From Streptosporangiaceae bacterium (GTDB lineage Bacteria; Actinomycetota; Actinomycetes; Streptosporangiales; Streptosporangiaceae), in the NCBI GenBank assembly GCA_036391385.1, contig DASWAA010000232.1, positions 1-61,727 on the forward strand: a DNA stretch of 61,727 nt. Reading direction: 5' to 3'. Positions within the stretch are counted from its first letter, which is position 1. Every line of letters begins with the position of its first letter. The notes beneath the pieces were generated by a model that saw only the letters and a list, made by a program, of their open reading frames with translations, was not told where the DNA came from and ran no database searches. The position numbers were made by a program, and so were the translations under genes. Positions 50,829-59,558 of this stretch are shown here, piece after piece.

Positions 50829-53203
50829 CCATTGCCCGGATAAGCAGGGCGGTGCCAGCCATCCTCGGCATCGCCGCCATGAGCGCCGGCATCGTGCTGC
50901 TGCCCGCGGTACCCGGATCGATGGCGGCGACGAGTCCGAGCCCGTCGGCGAGCACCAGTCCGTCCTCTAGCCCGACCGGTAATCCGAGCCCGACCGGCAC
51001 CCCGGGCCCGACCCGCTCTCCCGCTCCCAGCGGGTCCCCCAGCCCGAGTCCGACCAGGTCGCACCACAAGGTGCCCGGAGGCACGACCGTGCCGGGGCCG
51101 CGGATGTGGGACCCGGCGCACCAGAGGCTCTTCCCTGGCCACAGCACCGTGACGGTCAGTCAGACCAGCAGCCTGGTGAACGAGATGGTGCACGTCTCGT
51201 GGACTGGCTTCACGCCGAGCAGCGCGGTGCTCTACGACCAGACGGCCACCGACTACCCGGTCATGGTCGTCGAGTGCAATTCCGCCAGGCCCCGGACCTG
51301 GAAGCAGTGCTATGGCGCCGACAACGGCGGCGTGCAGGGCGCCTTTGGCCCGTTCGGGCCGATGAACGCCGCCTATGCGACAACGGCGCCGAACGGCAGC
51401 GGCGAACTCGACATCCAGATCCTCACTCTGGCCGAGAACCAGATGCTCGGCTGCAGCGTGCGCCACCTGTGCTCGCTCGTCGTCGTGCCGAGCCAGGGCG
51501 GCAACACCCTGACCAGCCCGGCCGGCTGCCACGACCACAGCCTCGACGCCGGCGGCACGGACCTTGGCGAGTTCGCCTTCAGCAGCCAGACCGGCTCTTG
51601 CTCGTGGGCGGACCGGATCGTGGTTCCGCTCGCCTTCGCGCCAGCGCCTGCCAACTGCCCGATCAAGAACGCGAGTTTCACCGCGATCGGCTCGCCGATG
51701 CTGGCCAGGGCCATGAACCAGTGGCGCGCCGGGCTCTGCTCCTCCTCCAGCCCGCTGGCCATCACCTACAACTCGGCCCTGAGCGAACCCGAGGCCATCG
51801 CCGCCCTCCCGAGCGGCCTCGGTGACATAGCGCTGACCACCCGGCCGGGCCCGGCCCAGGTCTCGCCGGGCAAGACCTACACCTACGCTCCGGTCGCCGT
51901 CTCGGCGGTGGCGATCGCTTACTGGGTCGACAACCCGGTCACCGGGAAACCAGTCCGCTCGCTCAGGCTCGACCCGCGACTGGTCGCCAAGCTCGTCACG
52001 CAGTCATACAGCTTCGAGAACGAGGGCTGCGGGCATGGCACGCCGCCGAAGACCATCGGCTGCGACGGCGCGGTCGACGGCAACCCCTTCAGCCTGTTCG
52101 ATGACCCTGAATTCCAGAAACTGAACCCGGGAGTCAGGGCACCAGGCGGAAGCGGTGCGGCCTTCCAGGTTCCCACGGTCGTTTCCGGGCACAGCGACCT
52201 CACCTGGGAAACAACGCGGTGGATCGCGGCGAGCAAAGACGGCAACAGCTTCCTCCAGGGTCAGTTCGATCCCTGGGGAATGCACGTCAATACCGACTAC
52301 CTCGGCATGCATTACCCGACGGACGCCTTCACCGGCCAGGATTCCTATCCGGTCATCGCCCACAAGTACAGCCCGGTCTTCCCGCTCAGCATGGTCGCGA
52401 GCTATCAGGCGCAGAACTGGGACCCGGGCACGGACTGGGAGAAGGACCCGTTCGGAAACTTCCCCAGAGACCCGATCGAGGTGCCGGGTGAGCGCGCGCT
52501 GTTCGCCATCCTGGACGAGGGCGACGCGGCGGCCTTCCGGTTCCCGGTGGCCAGGCTGCTCAACAGCAAGGGCCGCTACGTCGCGCCGGACGCGGCGTCG
52601 ATGGCGGCGGCCATCCCGTCCATGGTCACCAGCCCGGCCAGCCACATCACCCAGCAGGTCGACTACGCCAGCCAGAACGCCAGCGCCTACCCGCTGACGA
52701 TGGTCATCTACGCTATGGTCCCGACCAGCGGCGTCAAGCCCGCCAAGGCAGCCTCGATCGCCAGGTTCCTGGACTACGTCGCCGGACCCGGCCAGACCCC
52801 CGGTGCCCGGCCCGGTCAGCTCGCCCCTGGTTACCTGCCGCTCCCGGCGAACCTCAGGGCGCAGACCCGCACCGCGGCCGCCGAGGTGCTGAGCCAGTCA
52901 GGCGGCAGCGCGAATCCGAGCCTGGGGCAGTCCGCCAGCCCAAGCCTGCCGGCCATTCCCAGCACGAGCCCGGCGGCGAGCCCGTCCCCGAGCCGGCTCG
53001 GCCAGGCAATCGTGACGGTCGCGCTGAAGCGGGCGCAGACGGCGGGCCTGATCAGGTACGCGCTCCCCGTCCTGCTCGTCGTCGCAGGCGCCGCCACCCT
53101 CAGCGGAGCCTCGTCTCTCATGCTCGGTGCGGCCGACGCCGCGACGCGGACCCGGCTGCGGCGCCTGCGGCAGATCCGCCTGACCTGGAGGAGAAAGCCA
53201 TGA
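50825..53203 (+). CDS. Large secreted, C-terminally TM-anchored protein: PST-rich linker, Cys-containing beta-domain, degenerate PstS-like domain
   Basis: ATG 50825 overlaps the pstA stop (ATGA). The signal peptide is followed by SPSPSASTSPSSSPTGNPSPTGTPGPT. The PstS-like C-terminal half contains YPLTMVIYAMVPTSG, ARFLDYVAGPGQ and GYLPLPANL, but has VVSGHSDLTWETTRW where RSDGSGTT is expected. The C-terminus is a hydrophobic helix plus TRTRLRRLRQIRLTWRRKP. Confidence 0.75.
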   Translation: MTIARISRAVPAILGIAAMSAGIVLLPAVPGSMAATSPSPSASTSPSSSPTGNPSPTGTPGPTRSPAPSGSPSPSPTRSHHKVPGGTTVPGPRMWDPAHQRLFPGHSTVTVSQTSSLVNEMVHVSWTGFTPSSAVLYDQTATDYPVMVVECNSARPRTWKQCYGADNGGVQGAFGPFGPMNAAYATTAPNGSGELDIQILTLAENQMLGCSVRHLCSLVVVPSQGGNTLTSPAGCHDHSLDAGGTDLGEFAFSSQTGSCSWADRIVVPLAFAPAPANCPIKNASFTAIGSPMLARAMNQWRAGLCSSSSPLAITYNSALSEPEAIAALPSGLGDIALTTRPGPAQVSPGKTYTYAPVAVSAVAIAYWVDNPVTGKPVRSLRLDPRLVAKLVTQSYSFENEGCGHGTPPKTIGCDGAVDGNPFSLFDDPEFQKLNPGVRAPGGSGAAFQVPTVVSGHSDLTWETTRWIAASKDGNSFLQGQFDPWGMHVNTDYLGMHYPTDAFTGQDSYPVIAHKYSPVFPLSMVASYQAQNWDPGTDWEKDPFGNFPRDPIEVPGERALFAILDEGDAAAFRFPVARLLNSKGRYVAPDAASMAAAIPSMVTSPASHITQQVDYASQNASAYPLTMVIYAMVPTSGVKPAKAASIARFLDYVAGPGQTPGARPGQLAPGYLPLPANLRAQTRTAAAEVLSQSGGSANPSLGQSASPSLPAIPSTSPAASPSPSRLGQAIVTVALKRAQTAGLIRYALPVLLVVAGAATLSGASSLMLGAADAATRTRLRRLRQIRLTWRRKP

Positions 53204-54795
53204 TCCCTCGTCTGCTTCGGGCTCGGGCACGAATGGCGGCCGCCACGCTGGTCGCTGTCGGAGCGGTCGCGGCGGCCGCGCCGCCGGCGAGAGCGGTGAG
53301 TTACGTCGCGATCAGCGGCTCTGGCTCGTCCTGGAGCGCGGTAGCGCTCGACCAGTGGCAGCAGGACCTGCGGCCCAGCGGCCTGGTCATCAACTACAAC
53401 CCGGACGGCTCGGCGGCCGGCCGCGGTGACTACATGGCCAACCAGGATGACTTCGCCGCATCGGACCCACCCTTCCGAAACGGCCAGGATCAGCTCGGCG
53501 GAACCGGGGCCGAGCATCCGACCCAGGGTTACTCCTACATACCTGACACCGCCGGCGGCACCGCGTTCATGTACCACATCGATGTCGCCGGAAAGCTGGT
53601 CACGAACCTGCGGCTCTCGGGCCTGACCCTGATGAAGATCTTCACTGGCGCGATCACCAACTGGGACGACCCGGCGATCACCAGGGACTACGGCGCCCAG
53701 CTTCCGAGCCTGCCGATCACGCCGGTGATCAGATCGGACGGATCAGGGGCCACGTTCTTCTTCACGCGCTGGATGGCGCACATGTTCCCGGCGCAGTGGA
53801 ACGCGTTCTGCCAGAAGGTGAAGCCGGGCATCCGCCTGCCCTGCGGCCAGACCGAGTTTTACCCGCTGTTCGGAAACGCCAAGTCCGAGAACGGCTCCAA
53901 CAACGTGGCCACCTACATCACGGCCAGCTACGGAAACGGCTCCATCGGCTATGACGAGTACGCTTATGCTCTGAATTCCCACTATCCGGTCGTTAAGCTG
54001 CTCAACCCGGCCGGCTACTACGTGCTTCCTACCGCATCGAACGTGGCCGTCGCGCTCACCCAGGCGCAGATCAACGAGAACCCGGCCAGCCCTGACTTCC
54101 TCCAGCAGAACCTGGACTCGGTCTACACCTACACCGACCCGCGCTCCTACCCGCTGTCCAGCTACAGCTACCTGATCGTGCCGCGGGCCGGCAGCCACCA
54201 GCCGACAAACTTCACCGCGGCCAAGGGGCGGACACTGAGCACCTTCGTCGACTACCTGCTCTGCTCCGGCCAGCGCGAGGTTGCGGCTCTCGGATACTCG
54301 CCGCTGCCGCTGAACCTGGTCAAGGGCGGCCTCCTGCAGAACTCCAGGATCCCCGGCGCCGTGCCAGGGCCCAGCCCCACGACGCTGGCCGGATGCAGCA
54401 ACCCGACCTTCACGGGCGGCCAGCTCACCCTGCTGACCACGGCCCCGCAGCCCTCACCGTGCGACAAGCTTGGCGAGCCGCTCGACTGTGTGGTCGTCAA
54501 CGGGAAGGCGGCCACTCCGGGCGCCGCCGGAACATCGCCGTCCGCGGACGCCTCACCCGGCGCGGCCTCTCCGTCCGGCGGCGCTATCCCCGCCGGACCG
54601 GTGACCGGTACGTCTGGCCCGTCCGGACCGCAGGCCCCGCTCGCCGTTACTCCGGTCGTCGTGAACGTCGCGGCCAGCGGCCCTAGCAAGCTGGTGCTGA
54701 GCGTGCTGACCGCGCTTGCCATCGTCTGCGCCGTGATACTGCCGCCCGCGCTCGGCGGATGGCTGCGCCGCCGGCGCCGTCAGGGACTGGGCTGA
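53200..54795 (+). CDS. PstS-family substrate-binding protein with C-terminal TM anchor (no lipobox)
   Basis: ATG 53200 overlaps the upstream stop (ATGA) and is preceded by GGAGGAG. Motifs are ISGSGSSWS, PDGSAAGRGDY...DFAASDPPF, IFTGAITNWDDPAI, VIRSDGSGATFFFTRW, SYPLSSYSYLIVP and GYSPLPLNL. It ends in a Pro/Ser/Gly linker, then LVLSVLTALAIVCAVILPPALGGW plus RRRRRQGLG. Confidence 0.8.
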   Translation: MIPRLLRARARMAAATLVAVGAVAAAAPPARAVSYVAISGSGSSWSAVALDQWQQDLRPSGLVINYNPDGSAAGRGDYMANQDDFAASDPPFRNGQDQLGGTGAEHPTQGYSYIPDTAGGTAFMYHIDVAGKLVTNLRLSGLTLMKIFTGAITNWDDPAITRDYGAQLPSLPITPVIRSDGSGATFFFTRWMAHMFPAQWNAFCQKVKPGIRLPCGQTEFYPLFGNAKSENGSNNVATYITASYGNGSIGYDEYAYALNSHYPVVKLLNPAGYYVLPTASNVAVALTQAQINENPASPDFLQQNLDSVYTYTDPRSYPLSSYSYLIVPRAGSHQPTNFTAAKGRTLSTFVDYLLCSGQREVAALGYSPLPLNLVKGGLLQNSRIPGAVPGPSPTTLAGCSNPTFTGGQLTLLTTAPQPSPCDKLGEPLDCVVVNGKAATPGAAGTSPSADASPGAASPSGGAIPAGPVTGTSGPSGPQAPLAVTPVVVNVAASGPSKLVLSVLTALAIVCAVILPPALGGWLRRRRRQGLG

Positions 54796-54800
54796 GCCGC

Positions 54801-55694
54801 GTGTCGGAGATCCAGGTCACGGTAGATCCCAGGGTAGATCCCAGCCCGGTCGCGCTCACCCCGAGCCCTGGCCGCAGGAATGGCGCCAGTTCCTGGCCGC
54901 ACGGGGCTGGAGTCGGGCTGACCCTGCTCGGCGTCTTCCTGCTCGGTTTCCTGGCGTACCTCTATGCCGCCTCAGGCATCCAGGAGGCTCGCGCGCAGTC
55001 GACCGCCTTCGCCACCTTCAGGTATGAGCTTGGCCAGCAGACGGCGCCGCTGGACGCGGTGACGCCTGGCACGCCAGTCGCGCTGCTTGACATCCCGGCG
55101 ATCGGCATCCAGAACATGGTCGTCGTCGAGGGGACCGCTCCGGAGAACCTCACGCTCGGGCCTGGCCACCTGCGTGACTCGCCACTGCCCGGAGAAAGCG
55201 GAGTGTCGGTGATCCTCGGGCGGCGTGCCACCTTCGGCGCGCCGTTCGGCCGGCTGCCCGGGCTGCGCCGTGGTGACAAGATCACGGCGATCACCGGCCA
55301 GGGCAGGGCCTCGTACACGGTCATGGCCATCGGCGACAGCGGACACCTCGTCGAGGACCCGGCACCGAACCGGCTGCTGCTTGTCACCGCCTGCTCGGCG
55401 GCCGTGCCCACCTCGTACTGCTATTTCGATGCCGATCTCACCTCCGCTCCGCAGACCGACCCGGGCGGGCGCCCGCCGATCACGGCTGCCGAAACACCGC
55501 TGAGCGGTGACAGCAGTGCCCTGGTGCTCGCCCTGGTTTGGGGCCTGGCCCTGGTGATCATCTCGGCGGCCGGCACCGTCGCCGCCGCACGCTGGTCGCC
55601 AGGGCTTGCCTACCTGGCCGCTACCCCCCCGGCGCTGGCCGTGCTGTGGAACCTCTATCAGAGCCTCGCGGCGCTGCTGCCGAACGTGTACTGA
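54801..55694 (+). CDS. Sortase-fold membrane protein (class E-like) apparently lacking the catalytic His and Arg
   Basis: GTG 54801 lies 5 nt after the upstream stop. There is an N-terminal TM helix ([21 protein letters not shown]). The sortase-like core reads [30 protein letters not shown]...[32 protein letters not shown]...[10 protein letters not shown]. There are extra C-terminal hydrophobic helices. Confidence 0.65.
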   Translation: MSEIQVTVDPRVDPSPVALTPSPGRRNGASSWPHGAGVGLTLLGVFLLGFLAYLYAASGIQEARAQSTAFATFRYELGQQTAPLDAVTPGTPVALLDIPAIGIQNMVVVEGTAPENLTLGPGHLRDSPLPGESGVSVILGRRATFGAPFGRLPGLRRGDKITAITGQGRASYTVMAIGDSGHLVEDPAPNRLLLVTACSAAVPTSYCYFDADLTSAPQTDPGGRPPITAAETPLSGDSSALVLALVWGLALVIISAAGTVAAARWSPGLAYLAATPPALAVLWNLYQSLAALLPNVY

Positions 55695-55744
55695 CGGACC
55701 GTGACGCTGATGACCGCACCTTCGATCGCAGGGAGAGCGAACCG

Positions 55745-56557
55745 ATGATGCCAGCCAAGTTTCCCGCGGATGTCGACTGCGCACAGCAGCTTTCCGGCCT
55801 GACCGCGCAGGACGTGTCGGCCTGGTTCGGCGACCGCAAGGTGCTCGACCGGGTGTCACTGACCATGAATCCCGGTACGGTCACCGCCTTGATCGGCCCG
55901 TCTGGCTGCGGAAAGTCGACCTTCCTGCGCGTCCTGAACCGGATGCACGAGATGGTCCGCGGTGCCTCGCTCGCTGGCCAGGTGCTGCTCGACAGCACTG
56001 ACATCTACGATCACGCGCAGCGGCCGACCGAGGTCAGGCGGCGGATCGGAATGGTCTTCCAGAAGCCGAACCCGTTCCCCGCGATGTCCGTCTACGACAA
56101 CGTGGCCAGCGGGCTCAAGCTGGCCGGAATCAAGGTCAGCGACAAAGACGGCCTGGTCGAGACCAGCCTGCGCCGAGCAGGGCTGTGGCACGAGGTGCAC
56201 AGGCGACTGCGGGCCCCGGGCGCATCACTATCCGGCGGCCAGCAGCAGCGGCTGTGCATCGCCAGGGCGCTTGCGGTATCGCCCGACGTCCTGCTGATGG
56301 ACGAGCCATGCTCTGCGCTCGACCCGACATCGACGCGGCGGATCGAGGACACCATCGCCGAACTGCGCGATCAGGTCACCATTGTGATCGTCACGCACAA
56401 CATGCAGCAGGCTGCTCGGGTATCGACAGAGTGTGCGTTCTTCCTCGCAACCGAGCAGGCTCCCGGCCACATTGTCGAGGCGGGCCCGACGGAGCAGGTA
56501 TTCGGGGCACCGGCTGACCCGCGGACGGCCGACTACGTGCATGGCAGGTTCGGCTAG
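55745..56557 (+). CDS. pstB: Phosphate ABC transporter ATP-binding protein PstB
   Basis: ATG 55745 is preceded by GGGAGAG. It has the Walker [24 protein letters not shown], the signature [14 protein letters not shown], the Walker [21 protein letters not shown] and the PstB-type C-terminus DYVHGRFG. Confidence 0.93.
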   Translation: MMPAKFPADVDCAQQLSGLTAQDVSAWFGDRKVLDRVSLTMNPGTVTALIGPSGCGKSTFLRVLNRMHEMVRGASLAGQVLLDSTDIYDHAQRPTEVRRRIGMVFQKPNPFPAMSVYDNVASGLKLAGIKVSDKDGLVETSLRRAGLWHEVHRRLRAPGASLSGGQQQRLCIARALAVSPDVLLMDEPCSALDPTSTRRIEDTIAELRDQVTIVIVTHNMQQAARVSTECAFFLATEQAPGHIVEAGPTEQVFGAPADPRTADYVHGRFG

Positions 56558-56712
56558 CCGGGAACTTGCGGACGCAGCACGAGGGCCCCGATCTAAGCCG
56601 GGGCGATATAGCGGTATTCGCCGCGTGCGATTGGGGAATGGGGACTGGTGCGCCTCGGCTGGCAGTTCTAAGTTGGCATCAGGCGCATCAGCCGTCTCGG
56701 AGGAGCCAGCGC

Positions 56713-57180
56713 ATGACCCAGATCAAGGTAACGGTCGACGGTGTCAGCTACGCCGACCAGGTAGAGCCCCGGCTATTGCTTGTTCATTATCTCAGGGACG
56801 TGCTCGGCAAGACCGGCACGCCAGTCGGCTGTGACACGTCCAACTGCGGCGCGTGCACGGTGCTGATGGATGGCGTCTCGGTCAAGAGCTGCTCTGTGCT
56901 GGCCGTGCAGGCCGACGGCACCGACATCACCACCATCGAGGGCCTCGCCAACGGCGAGTGGCACCCGCTGCAGAAGGCGTTCCACGAGGAGCACGCGCTC
57001 CAGTGCGGCTACTGCACGCCTGGAATGATCCTGGCGGCGGCCGACCTGCTGCGGGACAACCCGAACCCGACCGACGAGCAGATTCGCGACGGACTCGAGG
57101 GGAACCTCTGCCGCTGCACTGGTTACGAGCACATCGTCCGCGCCGTTCGGCGCGCCGCGCAGGCAGGAGCGGGCCAATGA
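56713..57180 (+). CDS. (2Fe-2S)-binding small subunit of a xanthine-dehydrogenase/CODH-family molybdoenzyme (CoxS-like)
   Basis: ATG 56713 is preceded by GGAGGAG. The sequence contains [16 protein letters not shown]...SC...ITTIEGL...[10 protein letters not shown]...[12 protein letters not shown]. Confidence 0.92.
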   Translation: MTQIKVTVDGVSYADQVEPRLLLVHYLRDVLGKTGTPVGCDTSNCGACTVLMDGVSVKSCSVLAVQADGTDITTIEGLANGEWHPLQKAFHEEHALQCGYCTPGMILAAADLLRDNPNPTDEQIRDGLEGNLCRCTGYEHIVRAVRRAAQAGAGQ

Positions 57181-59558
57181 CCACGACCGCTGAGTCACCA
57201 GCCGCCGAAATTGGCCGGGCCCGCCGGCGCAAGGAAGACGCCAGGCTGGTCACCGGTCAGACCACCTGGACCGACAACCTGACACTGCCGGGGATGCTGC
57301 ACATGTGCTTCGTGCGCAGCCCGTACGCGCACGCCAAGATCACCTCTGTCGACGTCAGCGCCGCCCGCGAGATGCCCGGCGTGGTCGCCGCGTTCTCCGG
57401 AGCTGACTTCGCCGACGAGCAGGGCAGCCTGCCGTGTGCCTGGCCGGTCACCCCCGACATCGTGATACCGCCGCACCCGCCGATGGCGACCGACGAGGTC
57501 CGTTATGTCGGCGAGGCTGTGGCCGTCGTGATCGCCAGGGACAGGTACGCCGCCGCCGATGCCGTAGCCGGCGTCGACGTGAACTACGAGCCGCTCGAGC
57601 CGGTACTCGACATGCGCACCGCGCTGGAGGAGAACTCGCCGAAGGTGCACGAGGCCGGGAACAAGAGCTACGAGTGGGTCTTCGCCAACGGCGACCTGGA
57701 CGCGGCGTTCTCCGGCGCGCCCGTCGTCCTCGAGCGCACCTACCGGCAGCAGCGACTGATCCCGTCCGCGATGGAGCCGCGATCGGTCGTGGCGTCCTGG
57801 CTCGGTGACGACGTCACGCTCTGGTCGGCCACCCAGATACCGCACGTGCTGCGGTTCGCGATCGCGGCGTTCTTCGGGATCCCCGAGCAGTCGATCCGGG
57901 TGATCGCGCCGGACGTGGGCGGCGGCTTCGGCTCCAAGCTCCAGGTCACCGCCGAGGAAGTCCTCTCCGTGCTGATCTCGCGCAGGCTCGGCCGGCCAGT
58001 CAAGTGGACAGAGTCGCGCAGCGAGGGCAACCTGACCGTGCACCACGGCCGCGACCAGTGGCAGCGGATCAAGATCGCCGCTGATAGCGACGGCCGCATC
58101 CGCGGCCTGAACGTCGACCTGCTCGCCGACATGGGCGCATACCTCATGCTGGTCACTCCCGGCGTGCCGCTGCTCGGCGCCTTCATGTTCCCTGCCATCT
58201 ACAAGATGGACGCCTACTCGTTCAAGTGCACCGGTGTCTTCACCACCAAGATGCCGACCGACGCGTACCGCGGCGCGGGCCGCCCGGAGGCGACCTTCGC
58301 CATCGAGCGGATCATGGACGAGCTTGCCACCGAAATCGGCGTGGACCCGCTCGAGATCCGCGAGCGGAACTGGATCAAGCACGAGGAGTTCCCCTACACC
58401 ACGATCTGCGGTCTGACCTACGACTCGGGGAACTACGAGGCAGCGACCGCCCGTGCCAGGGAACTGTTCGGCTACGACGCTCTGCGAGCGGAGCAGGCGG
58501 AACGAAACGCCCGGGGTGACACGGTCCGGCTGGGTATCGGCGTCTCGACTTTCACCGAGATGTGCGGCCTGGCTCCGTCCCGCGTCCTAGGCAGCCTGGC
58601 CTACGGGGCCGGCGGCTGGGAGCACGCCTCGATCAGGATGCTGCCGACCGGCAAGGTCGAGGTGGTCACCGGATCGAGCGCTCACGGCCAGGGCCACGAG
58701 ACGGCGTGGAGCCAGGTCGTGGCCGATCAGCTCGGCGTCCCGTTCGAGGACATCCGGGTTCTGCACGGCGACACCCAGATCTCGCCCAAGGGAATGGACA
58801 CCTACGGCTCGCGGTCGCTCGTGGTCGGCGGCATGGCCCTGGTCGGCGCCTGCGACAAGGTGATCCAGAAGGGCAAGGTCATAGCCGCGCACATGATGGA
58901 GGCCAGCGAGAACGACATCGAGTTCGTCTCCGGGCGGTTCCAGGTACGCGGCGACCCCGAGAACGGGCGCTCGATCCAGGAGGTCGCGCTCGCCACCTTC
59001 GCGGCGCACAACCTGCCCGACGGTGTCGAGCCATCGCTCGATTCCGACGCGACGTACGACCCGGACAACTTCTCCTTCCCGCACGGCACCCACCTGTGCG
59101 CGACCGAGGTAGACACCGAGACCGGGATGGTGAAGATCCGCTCGTACGTAGCGGTGGACGACGTCGGCGTGGTCGTCAACCCGCTGATCGTGGACGGCCA
59201 GGTACACGGCGGCATCGCCCAGGGAATCGGCCAGGCCCTGTACGAAGAGGCGGTCTACGACGATGCGGGCAACCTGCTGACCACGACCCTGGCTGACTAC
59301 CTGGTGCCCTCGGCGGCCGATCTGCCGTCGTACGTCACCGAGCGGACGGTGAGCCCGGCGGCGAACCGTCTCGGCGTCAAGGGCGTCGGCGAGGCCGGAA
59401 CGATCGCCTCGACACCGGCCGTGGTGAACGCCGTCGTCGACGCGCTACGCCCGTTCGGAGTCAGGGACGTGACGATGCCGTGCTCGCCCGAGCGCGTCTG
59501 GCGCGCGATCGAGGCGGCCCGCAGCGGCGCGGCGAACAGCAACGGAGGTGCGGCATGA
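57177..59558 (+). CDS. Molybdopterin-binding large subunit, form-II CoxL-like (AYRGAGR active-site loop)
   Basis: ATG 57177 overlaps the small-subunit stop (ATGA). The N-terminus reads RRKEDARLVTGQ..W.DN. The active-site loop PTDAYRGAGRPEA maps to 58254..58292 (AYRGAGR = 58263..58283). Confidence 0.9.
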   Translation: MTTTAESPAAEIGRARRRKEDARLVTGQTTWTDNLTLPGMLHMCFVRSPYAHAKITSVDVSAAREMPGVVAAFSGADFADEQGSLPCAWPVTPDIVIPPHPPMATDEVRYVGEAVAVVIARDRYAAADAVAGVDVNYEPLEPVLDMRTALEENSPKVHEAGNKSYEWVFANGDLDAAFSGAPVVLERTYRQQRLIPSAMEPRSVVASWLGDDVTLWSATQIPHVLRFAIAAFFGIPEQSIRVIAPDVGGGFGSKLQVTAEEVLSVLISRRLGRPVKWTESRSEGNLTVHHGRDQWQRIKIAADSDGRIRGLNVDLLADMGAYLMLVTPGVPLLGAFMFPAIYKMDAYSFKCTGVFTTKMPTDAYRGAGRPEATFAIERIMDELATEIGVDPLEIRERNWIKHEEFPYTTICGLTYDSGNYEAATARARELFGYDALRAEQAERNARGDTVRLGIGVSTFTEMCGLAPSRVLGSLAYGAGGWEHASIRMLPTGKVEVVTGSSAHGQGHETAWSQVVADQLGVPFEDIRVLHGDTQISPKGMDTYGSRSLVVGGMALVGACDKVIQKGKVIAAHMMEASENDIEFVSGRFQVRGDPENGRSIQEVALATFAAHNLPDGVEPSLDSDATYDPDNFSFPHGTHLCATEVDTETGMVKIRSYVAVDDVGVVVNPLIVDGQVHGGIAQGIGQALYEEAVYDDAGNLLTTTLADYLVPSAADLPSYVTERTVSPAANRLGVKGVGEAGTIASTPAVVNAVVDALRPFGVRDVTMPCSPERVWRAIEAARSGAANSNGGAA

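Noticed and set aside
52990-53203. A canonical LPXTG/LAXTG sortase sorting motif in the C-termini of the two anchored PstS-like proteins.
   Set aside because: No exact LPxTG or LAxTG is present. Only the loose look-alikes AQTAG and LAVTP occur, so a classical sortase-substrate relationship cannot be claimed from sequence.
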